DNA of 64,000 nucleotides from Mycobacteriales bacterium (GCA_038253225.1 JBBSHH010000001.1:3537-67536), one strand, 5' to 3'. Counted from the first letter of the stretch, positions 53,177 to 63,077 are shown. Numbers and translations are program-made. Notes: a model not told the origin generated them from the letters alone.

Positions 53177-54596
53177 AGTGGCCAACGCTACGTCCGGCCC
53201 TCGCGGCGTGCACGGGCGATCCGCTCCCGGCATACGGGTCACCCGAATCGAGCAGGGGACACCCTGCCGAGGCTGGCGGTCGGGTCAAGGGCGGTGGCGC
53301 GAGGGCGTGCGCGAGATCGTGGAGGCGTTCTCGCCAGCCGTGGCTCCTGGGAACCTGGGCCGGGTCGACCCACGGTGGCGGGATGAACATCGGCCGCCCG
53401 TCGGCACCGACGCAGGCCCGCCAGCCGCCGTGGTGGACCGTCGCGTGGTGCCGTCCGCAGAGCGCGACGAGGTTGGCCAGAGCGGTGGCTCCGCCGTCGG
53501 CCCAGTGGGTGCAGTGATGGACGTCGCACCAGGGCGGCGGTCGGTCGCAGCCGGGAAAGGCACATCCGCCGTCGCGGACGAGCACGGCACGGCGTAGCCC
53601 GGCCGGCGCGGTGTAGGCGCCTCGGCCGACGTCCAACGGTTCGCCCCGGGTGCCGAGGACGACCGGGATGACCCGCGCGTCGCAGGCGAGCAGCCGTGCG
53701 GTCTCGGCGGACACCGGCCCGGCCCAGTCGAGGACACCGCCGACGGCGCCGAGGCGCTTCTCCAGGGTCTGCAGGTCGACGGTGAGCTGGACCTGCGGCT
53801 GCCGGCCGCCCTCGGTCGGCATCGCCGGGCTGTGCAGCGCCAGCTCGACCAGCTCGACGAGGGCGTCGGCGCGGCGGCGGGCCGGGGAGCGCAGGTCGCG
53901 CTCGGCGTCGCCGGCTGCCGCCCGGGGCGCGGCGAGCGGGCTGAGCGCGCCGAGCAACGCCGCTGCCGCGACCGGGTCCAGGCGGCCGCGCAGCACGAAC
54001 TGGCCGGACAGATCCGGTGAGACGAACAGCTCCCGCCCGGCAACCGCCGCCTGCTCGTCGCGAGCCAGCGTGTCACCGGCGTCAGGGTCGACGGCGTGGC
54101 GCAGATGCCGGCCGAGTCGGGCCAGGACCTGCGGGTCGTGCTCGGCGGCCTGCTCGAGCAGGAAGACTTCGGCGCTGCCCCGGGTCTCCGCCGGTACGCC
54201 GGCCGGCAGCGCGCCAAGGGTGCGCACCACCACCTCGGCATGCGCACGGCTGATCTCCCCGGCGGCCAGTGCCGACCCGGTCGCGGTGTGCTCCTCGGTG
54301 AGGGCGCGGGCCAGCACGACGTCGCGGTGCGCGGCCGCCGGGTGGCGGCGCAGCCGGGAGCAAAGCCATGCGGCGGTGGACACCGCCCCGGCGCTGGTGG
54401 CCGCCCCGCGGCTGTCGGCTTCCCGCACCAGCCGCAGCCGGGCATGGTCGAATTTGGCCGTCAGCGTCTCGGCCTCGTCCAGCGCATCGAGCACGTCCGG
54501 CTCGGTCATCGACCACAGCGGCGCGCCGGCCAGCGCATCGACCGCCGCGCGCAGTCGGCCCAGCGCCTCGATCACCGTATGCTCGACCACCTGCAT
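53136..54596 (-). CDS. DUF222 + HNH endonuclease protein (REP13E12-family selfish element)
   Basis: DUF222 N-terminal region and a C-terminal HNH (CAFPGCDRPPPWCDVHHCTHWADGG...CGRHH). The C-terminus continues ~60 aa beyond the usual family end (FIPPPWVDPAQVPRSHGW...), into the 5' end of the ATPase gene. Confidence 0.8.
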   Translation of the reverse strand: MQVVEHTVIEALGRLRAAVDALAGAPLWSMTEPDVLDALDEAETLTAKFDHARLRLVREADSRGAATSAGAVSTAAWLCSRLRRHPAAAHRDVVLARALTEEHTATGSALAAGEISRAHAEVVVRTLGALPAGVPAETRGSAEVFLLEQAAEHDPQVLARLGRHLRHAVDPDAGDTLARDEQAAVAGRELFVSPDLSGQFVLRGRLDPVAAAALLGALSPLAAPRAAAGDAERDLRSPARRRADALVELVELALHSPAMPTEGGRQPQVQLTVDLQTLEKRLGAVGGVLDWAGPVSAETARLLACDARVIPVVLGTRGEPLDVGRGAYTAPAGLRRAVLVRDGGCAFPGCDRPPPWCDVHHCTHWADGGATALANLVALCGRHHATVHHGGWRACVGADGRPMFIPPPWVDPAQVPRSHGWRERLHDLAHALAPPPLTRPPASAGCPLLDSGDPYAGSGSPVHAARAGRSVGHCDDEPCPRHRDTR

Positions 54597-54790
54597 ACCG
54601 AGACCATAGGTGCGGCCACCGACAGAACCCGTTCGCCGGAAATCCTTATGCACAAGGACTTCTTGGCTCGCTCCGGCGAACCGGTCGGGGCGCCCGGCTC
54701 CCGGTACGACCGCCGTTCCGCACCGCGCCGCGGGCGGCATCCGCGGTGTCGCCGCAGCGGCCGGCCCCGGAGGCAGGCGAGGATGGTCCG

Positions 54791-55363
54791 GTGCCCCCGG
54801 CCGACACCCGTTCGCTCTACGTCGTCGTCTCCGGTCCGCCGGCCAGCGGCAAGACCACGCTGGCGCGCGACCTGGCGCCCCGGCTGGGGCTGCCGCTGCT
54901 GGCCAAGGACACGATCAAGCAGGCGCTGATGAGCGTGCTCGACGTCTCCGACGTCGAGGCGTCTCGGCGGCTCGGTCGGGCGTCGGCGGCGGCGCTGCTG
55001 GCGGTCGCCGCCGAGAGCGGGTGCGGCGTGCTGGAGAGCGTCTGGTACCGGAGTCGGGCGCTGCCGGCCCTCGCCGGCCTGCCCGGCGCGGTCGTGGAGG
55101 TGTTCTGCCGTTGCGACGAGGCGACCCTGCGGCGGCGATACCGCGCCCGGGCGGGCACCAGGTCGGCCGGGCACTTCGACGACCAGCGGCTGCCGGATGA
55201 GCTGTGGAACGCCGACATCGGCGAGCCGGTGGCCGGTGGCTGGCCGGTGATCGAGGTGGACACAGCCGGGCCGGTCGACATCGGCGCGCTGGTCGCCCGG
55301 GTGCTCGCCGCGACCCGGCCGCGGCCGCCCGTCAGTGCGGGCAGACGGCCCCGGTCTGGGTGA
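54791..55363 (+). CDS. P-loop NTPase / small kinase-like protein (AAA_33-type)
   Basis: Walker A VVVSGPPASGKTTLARDL and ~190 aa. Divergent from the HNH gene. The start is the in-frame GTG at 54791. Confidence 0.6.
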   Translation: MPPADTRSLYVVVSGPPASGKTTLARDLAPRLGLPLLAKDTIKQALMSVLDVSDVEASRRLGRASAAALLAVAAESGCGVLESVWYRSRALPALAGLPGAVVEVFCRCDEATLRRRYRARAGTRSAGHFDDQRLPDELWNADIGEPVAGGWPVIEVDTAGPVDIGALVARVLAATRPRPPVSAGRRPRSG

Positions 55364-55955
55364 CCTGCCACGGGAGCACGACTGGCCGGCCGTCCGGGTC
55401 GCGCAGCGGTACGCCGCCGAACCCGACCACTGTGCTGTCACCGAGCGGCACCCGAAGCGCCTGGGTGACCCCGCCGATGACGGCTCGGACCAGCAGCGGT
55501 GCGGGACGGACCCGGATCGCCGCACAGTCGTAGCGGATGCGCAGCACCACCGGGACCTGCCCGCCGGCCGGCAGCAGGACCGGAGCCGCCAGCCGGCCCC
55601 CGACCGCGAGCTGCCGATGGCCGGCCGAGCCCACTTCGGCTCGCTGCAGCGCGAGCCCCGGCTCGGCGAGGCCCACGGTGAGGACCCGGACCTGACGCAG
55701 CCCCTGGTTGGCGAGCGCGAAGCCGTAGTCGAACGTGTGCGCCGCCGGGTCGCCGGTGAACGTGGTGGCCCCGGTGAACAGCAGCGGGTCGGTGCCGGGG
55801 CGGGGCGCCACCAGCAGCTGCGGGGCCGCGCTGGTCGGACCGACCGTCGGCCGGACCGGCTGCCGGCCGAGCGCGCGGGTCTCCCGGCTGTCCGCGCGGG
55901 ACACCGCCACGGCCACTAGCAGCCCGGCCCCGACCGCCCCCGCGATGCCCAGCAT
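55332..55955 (-). CDS. Membrane-anchored hypothetical protein
   Basis: The real part is the 207-aa C-terminal segment of the track ORF, with ATG then TM MLGIAGAVGAGLLVAVAV. The rest of the 515-aa track ORF is antisense to the ROK gene. Confidence 0.4.
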   Translation of the reverse strand: MLGIAGAVGAGLLVAVAVSRADSRETRALGRQPVRPTVGPTSAAPQLLVAPRPGTDPLLFTGATTFTGDPAAHTFDYGFALANQGLRQVRVLTVGLAEPGLALQRAEVGSAGHRQLAVGGRLAAPVLLPAGGQVPVVLRIRYDCAAIRVRPAPLLVRAVIGGVTQALRVPLGDSTVVGFGGVPLRDPDGRPVVLPWQVTQTGAVCPH

Positions 55956-56042
55956 CCGGCCGCCCCGCCCGCGCCGGCCGGGCCGGCGCGGCGGGCGCTC
56001 GGTGCCGATGATGTCCGGCGGTGCTGCTGCCACCCGGCCAGT

Positions 56043-56999
56043 GTGAGCCAGGATGGGTCGGTGCGGAGCGCGGTCCTGGCCATCGACATCGGCGGCACCA
56101 AGCTGGCGGCCGCGCTCGTCGGCCCGGCCGGCGAGCTGGTCGGAGAGCCGCTGCGCGTACCGACGCCGGTCGGGGACGGCGAGCAGGTGTTCGCCGCGGT
56201 GACGGCGCTGGCCGGGAGGGTGCTCGCCGGCTCGACCGAACGACCGGCCGCCGCGGGCGTCGGCTGCGGCGGCCCGATGCGCTGGCCGGCTGGTGAGGTG
56301 TCGCCGCTGAACATCCCGGGCTGGCGGGGCTTCCCGTTGCGGTCCCGGCTCGCCGCCCAGCTGGGCCTCGACGTCCGGCTGCACAACGACGCCGTCTGCT
56401 TGGCGGTGGGGGAGCACTGGCGGGGCGCCGGCCGCGGGGTCGGCTCGATGCTCGGGATGGTCGTCAGCACCGGGGTCGGCGGTGGTCTGGTGATCCGTGA
56501 CCGGCTGGTGGACGGGGCCACCGGCAACGCCGGTCATGTCGGTCACATCGTGGTCGACCCCGGCGGGGCGCCGTGCAGCTGCGGTGGCCGGGGCTGCCTG
56601 GAGGCGGTGGCGCGCGGGCCGGCGGTGGTTGCCTGGGCGCGGGAGCGCGGCTGGTCGCCGGCCGGGGCGGCGCCCGCGGACGGGGTGCTGCTGGCGGCGG
56701 CGGCCCGAGCCGGTGACCCGGTCGCCGCGGCCGCGTTCGAGCGGGCCGGTGCGTTCATCGGGGTCGCGCTCGCCTCCGCCGTGGCGCTCTGCGACCTGGA
56801 GCTGGTGGTGGTCGGCGGCGGCCTGTCCGCGGCCGAGGACCTGCTGTTGCCACCGCTGCGGGCCGCCTTCGCCCGCCATGCCCGGCTTCCGTTCGCGGTC
56901 GGCGTACCGATCGTCGCGGCGGCGCTGGGGCAGTCCGCCGGTCTGCTCGGCGCGGCCGCGCTGGTCCTCGCCGGCGACCGGTACTGGTCGGCCGGCTGA
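56043..56999 (+). CDS. ROK-family sugar kinase (glucokinase / N-acetylglucosamine kinase-like)
   Basis: LAIDIGGTK ATP motif and zinc motif GHVGHIVVDPGGAPCSCGGRGCLE. Confidence 0.85.
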   Translation: MSQDGSVRSAVLAIDIGGTKLAAALVGPAGELVGEPLRVPTPVGDGEQVFAAVTALAGRVLAGSTERPAAAGVGCGGPMRWPAGEVSPLNIPGWRGFPLRSRLAAQLGLDVRLHNDAVCLAVGEHWRGAGRGVGSMLGMVVSTGVGGGLVIRDRLVDGATGNAGHVGHIVVDPGGAPCSCGGRGCLEAVARGPAVVAWARERGWSPAGAAPADGVLLAAAARAGDPVAAAAFERAGAFIGVALASAVALCDLELVVVGGGLSAAEDLLLPPLRAAFARHARLPFAVGVPIVAAALGQSAGLLGAAALVLAGDRYWSAG

Positions 57000-57034
57000 C
57001 CGACGGTGCCGGGCGCGGGTGCCACACTGACCGG

Positions 57035-58255
57035 GTGACGATCGCGACGGGGCTGATCGGTCTGGCCGAGGTGACGGCCGCCCGCGAGCTGCTGGCCGAC
57101 GTCGTGCGGTTCACCCCGCTGGAGGGCTCCCGGCCGCTCTCGACCGCCGTCGGCGGCCCGGTCAGCCTCAAGTGCGAGAACCTGCAGCGGGCCGGCTCGT
57201 TCAAGATCCGCGGAGCGTACGTCCGGCTGGCCCGGCTCAGCGCCGCGGAGCGGGCCCGCGGGGTGGTGGCGGCCAGCGCGGGCAACCACGGGCAGGGTGT
57301 CGCGCTCGCCGCCAGCCTGCTCGGCACCGACGCGACGGTGTTCATGCCCGAGGGGGCGCCGCTGGTCAAGGTCGCCGCAACCCGGGCGTACGGCGCCCAG
57401 GTGCACTTCGCCGGTGTCACGGTCGACGATGCGCTGGTGGCCGCGCAGCGGCACGCCGGTGACTCCGGGTCGGTCTTCATCCACCCGTTCGACCACCCGG
57501 ACATCATCGCCGGGCAGGGCACCGTGGGCCTGGAGATCCTCGACCAGTGCCCGGACGTGCGCACGATTGTGGTTTGCACCGGCGGCGGGGGGCTGGTCGC
57601 CGGGATCGCGGCGGCGGTGTGCGGGCGCCGGTCCGACGTTCGGGTCGTCGCCGCCCAGGCGGCCGGCGCGGCGGCGTTCCCCACCTCGTTGGCGGCCGGG
57701 GCGCCGGTCGCGCTGACCAGCATGTCGACGATCGCCGACGGCATCGCGGTGGGGCGCCCCGGTGAGATCACCTATGCCCACGTCGCCGCGCTGGTCGATC
57801 GGGTGGTGACGGTCTCGGAGGAGTCGCTGTCCCGGGCGCTGCTGCTGTGCCTGGAGCGGGCGAAGCTCGTCGTCGAGCCGGCCGGGGCGGCGGCGGTCGC
57901 CGCGGTGATGGACGACCCGACGGCCTTCGAGCCGCCGGTGGTCGCGGTGCTCTCCGGCGGCAACATCGACCCGGTGCTGCTGCTGCGGGTGATCCGGCAC
58001 GGTCTGATCGCGGCCGGGCGCTACCTGTCGTTCCGGCTGCGCATCCCGGACCGGCCGGGCGAGCTGGCCCGGCTGCTCGGGGTGCTCGCCGGCACCGGGT
58101 CGAACGTGCTCGACATCGAGCACCAACGAACGGGACCCAAGCTGCACCTCGACGAGGTCGAGGTGGCCCTCCAGTTGGAGACCCGCGGGCCGGAGCACTG
58201 CGACGCCGTCCTCGCCGAGCTGCGGGCCGCCGGCTATCCGCTGCTGTTCAGCTAG
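57035..58255 (+). CDS. ilvA: Threonine ammonia-lyase (threonine dehydratase) with C-terminal ACT-like domain
   Basis: PLP motif SLKCENLQRAGSFKIRGA, Gly-rich VCTGGGGLVAG and a C-terminal regulatory domain. Confidence 0.85.
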   Translation: MTIATGLIGLAEVTAARELLADVVRFTPLEGSRPLSTAVGGPVSLKCENLQRAGSFKIRGAYVRLARLSAAERARGVVAASAGNHGQGVALAASLLGTDATVFMPEGAPLVKVAATRAYGAQVHFAGVTVDDALVAAQRHAGDSGSVFIHPFDHPDIIAGQGTVGLEILDQCPDVRTIVVCTGGGGLVAGIAAAVCGRRSDVRVVAAQAAGAAAFPTSLAAGAPVALTSMSTIADGIAVGRPGEITYAHVAALVDRVVTVSEESLSRALLLCLERAKLVVEPAGAAAVAAVMDDPTAFEPPVVAVLSGGNIDPVLLLRVIRHGLIAAGRYLSFRLRIPDRPGELARLLGVLAGTGSNVLDIEHQRTGPKLHLDEVEVALQLETRGPEHCDAVLAELRAAGYPLLFS

Positions 58256-58345
58256 CGCCGGGCTCGTCGGGCCGGAGCAGTCTGAGCCCGTCGACGCCGG
58301 GGAATGCGGCCGGACTTCTCCGTCTGGGAGGGCGGGCGCCACGGG

Positions 58346-58846
58346 TCAGCTGGCGTAGGCCTCCACGTCGACGATCTCGACGGTCATCTCGGTGCCGTTG
58401 GGCAAGGTGTACCGGGCGCTGTCCCCGGGACGCTTGCCGGTCAGTGACCGGCCGAGCGGGGACTGCGCCGAGTAGATCTCGAGGTGCCCGGAGGTGGAGT
58501 CCTCGCGGGAACCGATGAGGAACCGCTCGGTGGCGTCCTCGCCGACGAACCGGACCGTGACGACCATGCCCGGACCGGCGACGCCGGCCGCGGTGGGCGC
58601 CTCGCCGACCTTCGCGTCGCGCAGCAGCGCGGTGAGCTGCCGGATCCGCGCCTCCTGCTTGCCCTGCTCCTCCTTCGCGGCGTGGTAGCCGCCGTTCTCC
58701 TTGAGGTCGCCCTCCTCCCGGGCCGTCTCGATCTTCTTCACGATCTCGCTGCGGCCCGGACCGGACAGGGACTCGAGCTCGGCCTGAAGCCGGCCGTACG
58801 CCTCCGAGGTGAGCCAGGTGACGTTGGCTGCGGACGTCTCGATCAC
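58346..58846 (-). CDS. greA: Transcription elongation factor GreA
   Basis: WLTSEAYGRLQAELESL...EGDLKENGGYHAAKEEQ is the GreA signature. The GTG start follows RBS gaggag. greA-DUF4307-mca matches Mtb Rv1080c-1082. Confidence 0.9.
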   Translation of the reverse strand: MIETSAANVTWLTSEAYGRLQAELESLSGPGRSEIVKKIETAREEGDLKENGGYHAAKEEQGKQEARIRQLTALLRDAKVGEAPTAAGVAGPGMVVTVRFVGEDATERFLIGSREDSTSGHLEIYSAQSPLGRSLTGKRPGDSARYTLPNGTEMTVEIVDVEAYAS

Positions 58847-58929
58847 GGTGGTGCTCCTCGTCGGGATGCGGTCGGGGCCGCGGTGGGCTTCGAGGCTAAC
58901 AAGCGCGCGGCCCGGCGACCGGCGAACGA

Positions 58930-59349
58930 TCACCTCGGCCGACCCGCTCGGGTGCAGATGGTCACCTCGGCGATGTTCGCCCGACCGCGGGTCGGCAGGT
59001 CGTAGCGGACCGTCGTGACCCGCCGGCCGTCGGCCCGGGCGGGCACCCGCAGCCGCGCCAGCCCGACCTGGGCGCCGGCGCGGTCCCGGGCTCGAACCGT
59101 GCACAGCACCGCGTCGGCCGGCGCCTTGACCACCTCGAACCGGACCTCGACGCCGCCGGGACGCACCGCATAGCTGATCAACCGGGTCTGCACCGCCGGG
59201 TCGGACTGATGGACGGCGATCGTCAGCAGACCGGCGAGCAGGATGGCGGCGAGCAGCCCCAGGCCGCCGTAGGTCGCGAGCCGCCGCCGGCGGCCGGCCG
59301 GGCGGCCGTAGCGACCGGCCGGTGTCCGGCGGGCTGCGCGAGCGGTCAC
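58930..59349 (-). CDS. DUF4307-domain membrane protein (Mtb Rv1081c-like)
   Basis: One TM ([17 protein letters not shown]) plus an extracytoplasmic domain. The start is an in-frame GTG. Confidence 0.55.
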   Translation of the reverse strand: MTARAARRTPAGRYGRPAGRRRRLATYGGLGLLAAILLAGLLTIAVHQSDPAVQTRLISYAVRPGGVEVRFEVVKAPADAVLCTVRARDRAGAQVGLARLRVPARADGRRVTTVRYDLPTRGRANIAEVTICTRAGRPR

Positions 59350-59426
59350 GGCGTCCTCGGGGACAATGTCGGGAACCGCATCATCGCGCCCCAGCCAGAC
59401 TCTGCCCCGAACCCAGGAGGCCGCCC

Positions 59427-60305
59427 GTGACCGAGCCGCTGCGGCTGATGGCCGTCCACGCGCACCCGGACGACGAGTCGAGCAAGGGCGCCGCGGCGAT
59501 GGCACGCTACGTCGCCGAGGGCGTCGACGTGCTCGTGGTGACGCTGACCGGCGGTGAGCGGGGCTCGATCCTCAACCCGGCGATGGAGCGGCCCGACGTG
59601 CTGGCCAACCTGGCCGAGATCCGCCGGCAGGAGATGGCCCGGGCCCGTGAGATCCTCGGGGTCCGTCAGGTTTGGCTCGGCTTCGTCGACTCCGGGCTGC
59701 CGGAGGGCGACCCGCTGCCCCCGCTGCCGCCCGGCTGCTTCGCGCTTCAGCCGGTGGAGACCGGCGCGGCGGCGCTGGTCGCGCTGATACGCCGGCAGCG
59801 GCCGCACGTGGTGCTCACCTACGACGAGAACGGCGGCTACCCACACCCCGACCACATCATGTGCCATCAGGTCTCGGTGGCCGCGTTCGAGGCGGCCGGT
59901 GACCCCGAGCGATACCCGGCCGCCGGCAGCCCGTGGCAGCCGCTGAAGCTCTACTACCAGATGGGGTTCCACAAGGCCCGGTTCGAGGCGCTGCACGCCG
60001 CGATGGTGGGGCTGGGGCTGGACTCGCCGTACGGGGAGCGGCTGGAGCAGTGGGAGGACAAGCCGGGTGACGCCGGGCGGGTGACGACCCGGGTGCCGTG
60101 CGGGGACTACTTCCAAGTGCGCGACCAGGCGCTGCTGGCGCATGCCACCCAGGTCGACCCGAACAGCTTCTGGTTCCTCTGCCCGCTGGAGGTCCAGCGC
60201 TCCGCCTGGCCGACCGAGGACTTCCAGCTGGCCCGCTCGCTGGTCGACACCATCCTGCCGGAGGACGACCTGTTCGCCGGTGTCCGGGAGCGGGTCAGCG
60301 CGTGA
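59427..60305 (+). CDS. mca: Mycothiol S-conjugate amidase (Mca) / MshB-family LmbE deacetylase
   Basis: LmbE motif [10 protein letters not shown] and HPDH zinc ligands. The position downstream of greA matches Mtb Rv1082 (mca), but Mca and MshB cannot be separated by eye. The GTG start follows RBS aggagg. Confidence 0.75.
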   Translation: MTEPLRLMAVHAHPDDESSKGAAAMARYVAEGVDVLVVTLTGGERGSILNPAMERPDVLANLAEIRRQEMARAREILGVRQVWLGFVDSGLPEGDPLPPLPPGCFALQPVETGAAALVALIRRQRPHVVLTYDENGGYPHPDHIMCHQVSVAAFEAAGDPERYPAAGSPWQPLKLYYQMGFHKARFEALHAAMVGLGLDSPYGERLEQWEDKPGDAGRVTTRVPCGDYFQVRDQALLAHATQVDPNSFWFLCPLEVQRSAWPTEDFQLARSLVDTILPEDDLFAGVRERVSA

Positions 60306-60487
60306 GCGGGGGCTCCGCCGGTACGGCGGGCTTCGTCGTGGTCCTGCTGCTCTGCATCGCGTGTTTCCTGCTGTTCCGCTCGATGAACCGGCACCTACGC
60401 CGGGTCCCCCGCCAGTTCGACCCACCGCCGCGGCGCCCGGAGGATCCGGGCGACGCGGCCCCACGGCCGGACCGGCCGGCGCGGTAG
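60302..60487 (+). CDS. Small membrane protein (61 aa) translationally coupled to mca
   Basis: GTGA overlap with the mca stop, one TM ([15 protein letters not shown]) and a basic tail. Confidence 0.4.
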   Translation: MSGGSAGTAGFVVVLLLCIACFLLFRSMNRHLRRVPRQFDPPPRRPEDPGDAAPRPDRPAR

Positions 60488-60497
60488 CCACCCGCGG

Positions 60498-60929
60498 TCA
60501 GCCGCCGTCGTCGGTGGAGCCGCGGAGCCGTTTGATGTCGCCGCGGCGACGCTTGGCCTGGATCCTGCGCTCGGTCGCGGCCCGGCCCGGCCGGGTGGGT
60601 CGCCGCCGCCGGGCCGGTGGCGCGACGGCGTCTTTGAGCAGCGCGGCCAGTCGGGCCAGCGCGGCCTCCCGGTTGCGCAGCTGCGAACGGTGCTCGGCGG
60701 CGGTCACGGTCAGCACCCCGGCGACGAGCCGGTGCCCGAGCCGGTCGAGGGCGCGGGTGCGGTGGACGGCAACGAGCGTCGGGGAACCGGCCACGTCGAA
60801 GGACAGCTCCACCCGGGAGTCGGCGGTGTTGACCGACTGACCGCCCGGACCGGAGGAGCGGGAGAACCGCCAGGACAGCTCCGCCGCCGGGATGACGAGC
60901 CCCGGCCCGACCGGGAGGTCACCGAACAC
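60498..60929 (-). CDS. arfB: Alternative ribosome-rescue factor ArfB (peptidyl-tRNA hydrolase, GGQ family)
   Basis: SSGPGGQSVN GGQ motif and the basic C-terminal tail ...QLRNREAALARLAALLKD...RRRPTRPGRAATERRIQAKRRRGDIKRLR, typical of ArfB. Confidence 0.75.
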   Translation of the reverse strand: MFGDLPVGPGLVIPAAELSWRFSRSSGPGGQSVNTADSRVELSFDVAGSPTLVAVHRTRALDRLGHRLVAGVLTVTAAEHRSQLRNREAALARLAALLKDAVAPPARRRRPTRPGRAATERRIQAKRRRGDIKRLRGSTDDGG

Positions 60930-60986
60930 CGGACCAGTCTGCCGCGGAGGGCGGCGGCCGGCGGGATGGGCTGGGAGGATCGAGTC

Positions 60987-61598
60987 ATGGAGGAGCCCCG
61001 ACGCCGGCCGGCCCTGCGCGCGAGCTGGGAGACGACCGGCCGAGCGCCGAGCGCCGCGGACGACCCCGGCGTACGACGGGACATGGCCCACGCGACCGCC
61101 GCAGCCCTGCTCGAGGCTGGCCGGTCGGGGGGGTGTTCGCCCGACCGGCTGGTCGGCCTGGTGGACCACATCGGCCTGGAGGACATCGCCGAGCTGTGGC
61201 GCGACGCCGGGCCGGAGACGCTGCCCGGCGCGCTGTGGCGGCTCTACCTGCTCCGGACGTGGTGCCGGGAGCAGGGCGGCCCGGCGGCCCGGCTCTACCG
61301 GGCCGGGCGCGCGGTCGCGGCCGTGGCCGACGTCGTCGCCGGCGTCGCCGAGCCGCCGGGGCCGGCCGAGATGGCCGACCTCGGCGACGCGGTGCTCTCC
61401 GGGGTCTACCGCGGCGACCTCGGGGTGGCGCTGGACCGGGCGGCCGCCTTCTGCCGGGTCATCGCCGCCGGTCGCGGGCTGTGCGCGGAGGAGCCGGCGA
61501 CCGAACGGGCCGAGGTGCGCCTGGCCGCGGGCAACCTGCGGGCGGCCGACCAGCTCGAGCGCGCCGCCGCGGCCTGGCGGGCCGGGGCCCTGGACTGA
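60987..61598 (+). CDS. Hypothetical protein
   Basis: ATG with RBS gggagga, and protein-like composition. No recognisable domain. Confidence 0.4.
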   Translation: MEEPRRRPALRASWETTGRAPSAADDPGVRRDMAHATAAALLEAGRSGGCSPDRLVGLVDHIGLEDIAELWRDAGPETLPGALWRLYLLRTWCREQGGPAARLYRAGRAVAAVADVVAGVAEPPGPAEMADLGDAVLSGVYRGDLGVALDRAAAFCRVIAAGRGLCAEEPATERAEVRLAAGNLRAADQLERAAAAWRAGALD

Positions 61599-61663
61599 CG
61601 GGTAGGGCGGGTACGGCGGCTAGTGTGACGCTGCCCTGACGCTGCTCGCCCCGGTGGGATGCC

Positions 61664-62881
61664 ATGTCGAGGATCTCGCCGCCGGTCGGTACCGGGCCGG
61701 GCCGTTCGTGGCTGACGCCGAACGTGCGGACGCTGTCGGGGGTCTCGCTGCTGCAGGACTCGGCCAGCGAGATGCTCTACCCCATCCTGCCGATCTTCCT
61801 GACCGTCACGCTCGGGGCGCCGGCGGCGGTCGTGGGCATCGTGGAGGGCCTCGCCGAAGGCGTGGCCGCGGTCAGCAAGCTGCTGGCCGGGCGGCTGTCC
61901 GACCGGCTGCGGCGCAAGCCCCTGATCGGTCTCGGCTACGGGCTGGCGGCCGTCGGCAAGGTCCTTGTCGCGCTGGCCTTCGGTTGGCCGGTCGTGCTGG
62001 CCGGACGGTGCGTGGACCGGGTCGGCAAGGGCGTGCGGGGCACGCCGCGGGACGCCCTGCTCATGGTCGGCGCCGACCCGGCGGCCCGCGGCCGCATCTT
62101 CGGGTTCCACCGCGCTGCCGATACCTCCGGCGCGGTCATCGGCCCCGCGCTCGGCCTCGGCCTGTACGAGCTGCTCGGTCACCACCTGCGACCGCTGCTG
62201 GTCGTCGCGGTCGTCCCGGCGGTGCTCTCGTGGCTGCTCGTGGCGGCGGTCCGCGACGACGGCCCGGCCGCCCGCCGCCGGCCGCCGGTGCGGCCGGACA
62301 TCGCTTCCCCGGCCTCGATGCCCCCGGCGCTGCGGCGGCTCGTGATCGTGCTGACGCTGTTCAGCCTGGTCAATTTCCCCGACGCGCTGCTGCTGCTGCG
62401 CGCCCACGACCTCGGGCTCTCGACCGGCGCCGTCATCGGCGCGTATATCGCCTACAACGCCGTCTACGCGGCGGCGTCGTACCCGGCCGGGGCGTTGTCG
62501 GACCGCTGGCCCCGGCACCGGATCTTCGCGGCCGGGCTCGCGTTCTTCGCCGTCGGCTATCTCGGCCTGGGCCTCACCCGCTCGCCGCGACTGGTCTTCC
62601 TGCTGCTCCCCCTCTACGGCGGGTTCGCGGCGTGCACCGACGGCGTCGGCAAGGCGTGGGTCGCGAGCCTCGCGCCCACCGACCGGCAGGGCGGCGCGCA
62701 GGGTCTCTATCAGGCCCTCACCGGCGGCGCCGTGCTGCTGGCCGGGGTGTGGGCCGGCCTGGCGTGGCACGGCAACGGCAGGTTCCCGCTGCTGCTGGCC
62801 GGCGGCGTCGGCGCGGCCACCGCCGTCGGCCTGCTCGCCTTTGGCGCCAGGCTCGGCACCGACGCGGCCCAGCCGGTCTGA
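61664..62881 (+). CDS. MFS transporter
   Basis: 12 TM segments and the motif GRLSDRLRRKP. Confidence 0.8.
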   Translation: MSRISPPVGTGPGRSWLTPNVRTLSGVSLLQDSASEMLYPILPIFLTVTLGAPAAVVGIVEGLAEGVAAVSKLLAGRLSDRLRRKPLIGLGYGLAAVGKVLVALAFGWPVVLAGRCVDRVGKGVRGTPRDALLMVGADPAARGRIFGFHRAADTSGAVIGPALGLGLYELLGHHLRPLLVVAVVPAVLSWLLVAAVRDDGPAARRRPPVRPDIASPASMPPALRRLVIVLTLFSLVNFPDALLLLRAHDLGLSTGAVIGAYIAYNAVYAAASYPAGALSDRWPRHRIFAAGLAFFAVGYLGLGLTRSPRLVFLLLPLYGGFAACTDGVGKAWVASLAPTDRQGGAQGLYQALTGGAVLLAGVWAGLAWHGNGRFPLLLAGGVGAATAVGLLAFGARLGTDAAQPV

Positions 62882-63077
62882 GCCCCCGACAGCCGGGGAG
62901 CGCCGGAGCTCGACGCCGCGCCGACGTGCACGCTCGGCACGGGTGAGATGCCCGCTCGGCTCGAGGGCTGGCGCGAGCTGCTGCGGTTGCCTCGGGCCAG
63001 GAGGTCGAGGCGATCGCTCCCGACGCCGCCAGTACGCTCGTCACCTCGCTGCTGGGGGACCTGTCCGCGGCGCGGGC

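Noticed and set aside
54597-54790. Near-palindrome CCTTATGCACAAGG in the low-GC divergent region between the HNH and P-loop kinase genes.
   Set aside because: It is imperfect (12 of 14 positions) and could arise by chance. It is kept only as a note and not called as an operator.
62882-63077. Protein-like reading (…GQEVEAIAPDAASTLVTSLLGDLSAARA*) in the gap between the MFS and GNAT genes.
   Set aside because: There is no start codon after the upstream in-frame stop and the segment is too short, so it is treated as a non-coding convergent intergenic region.
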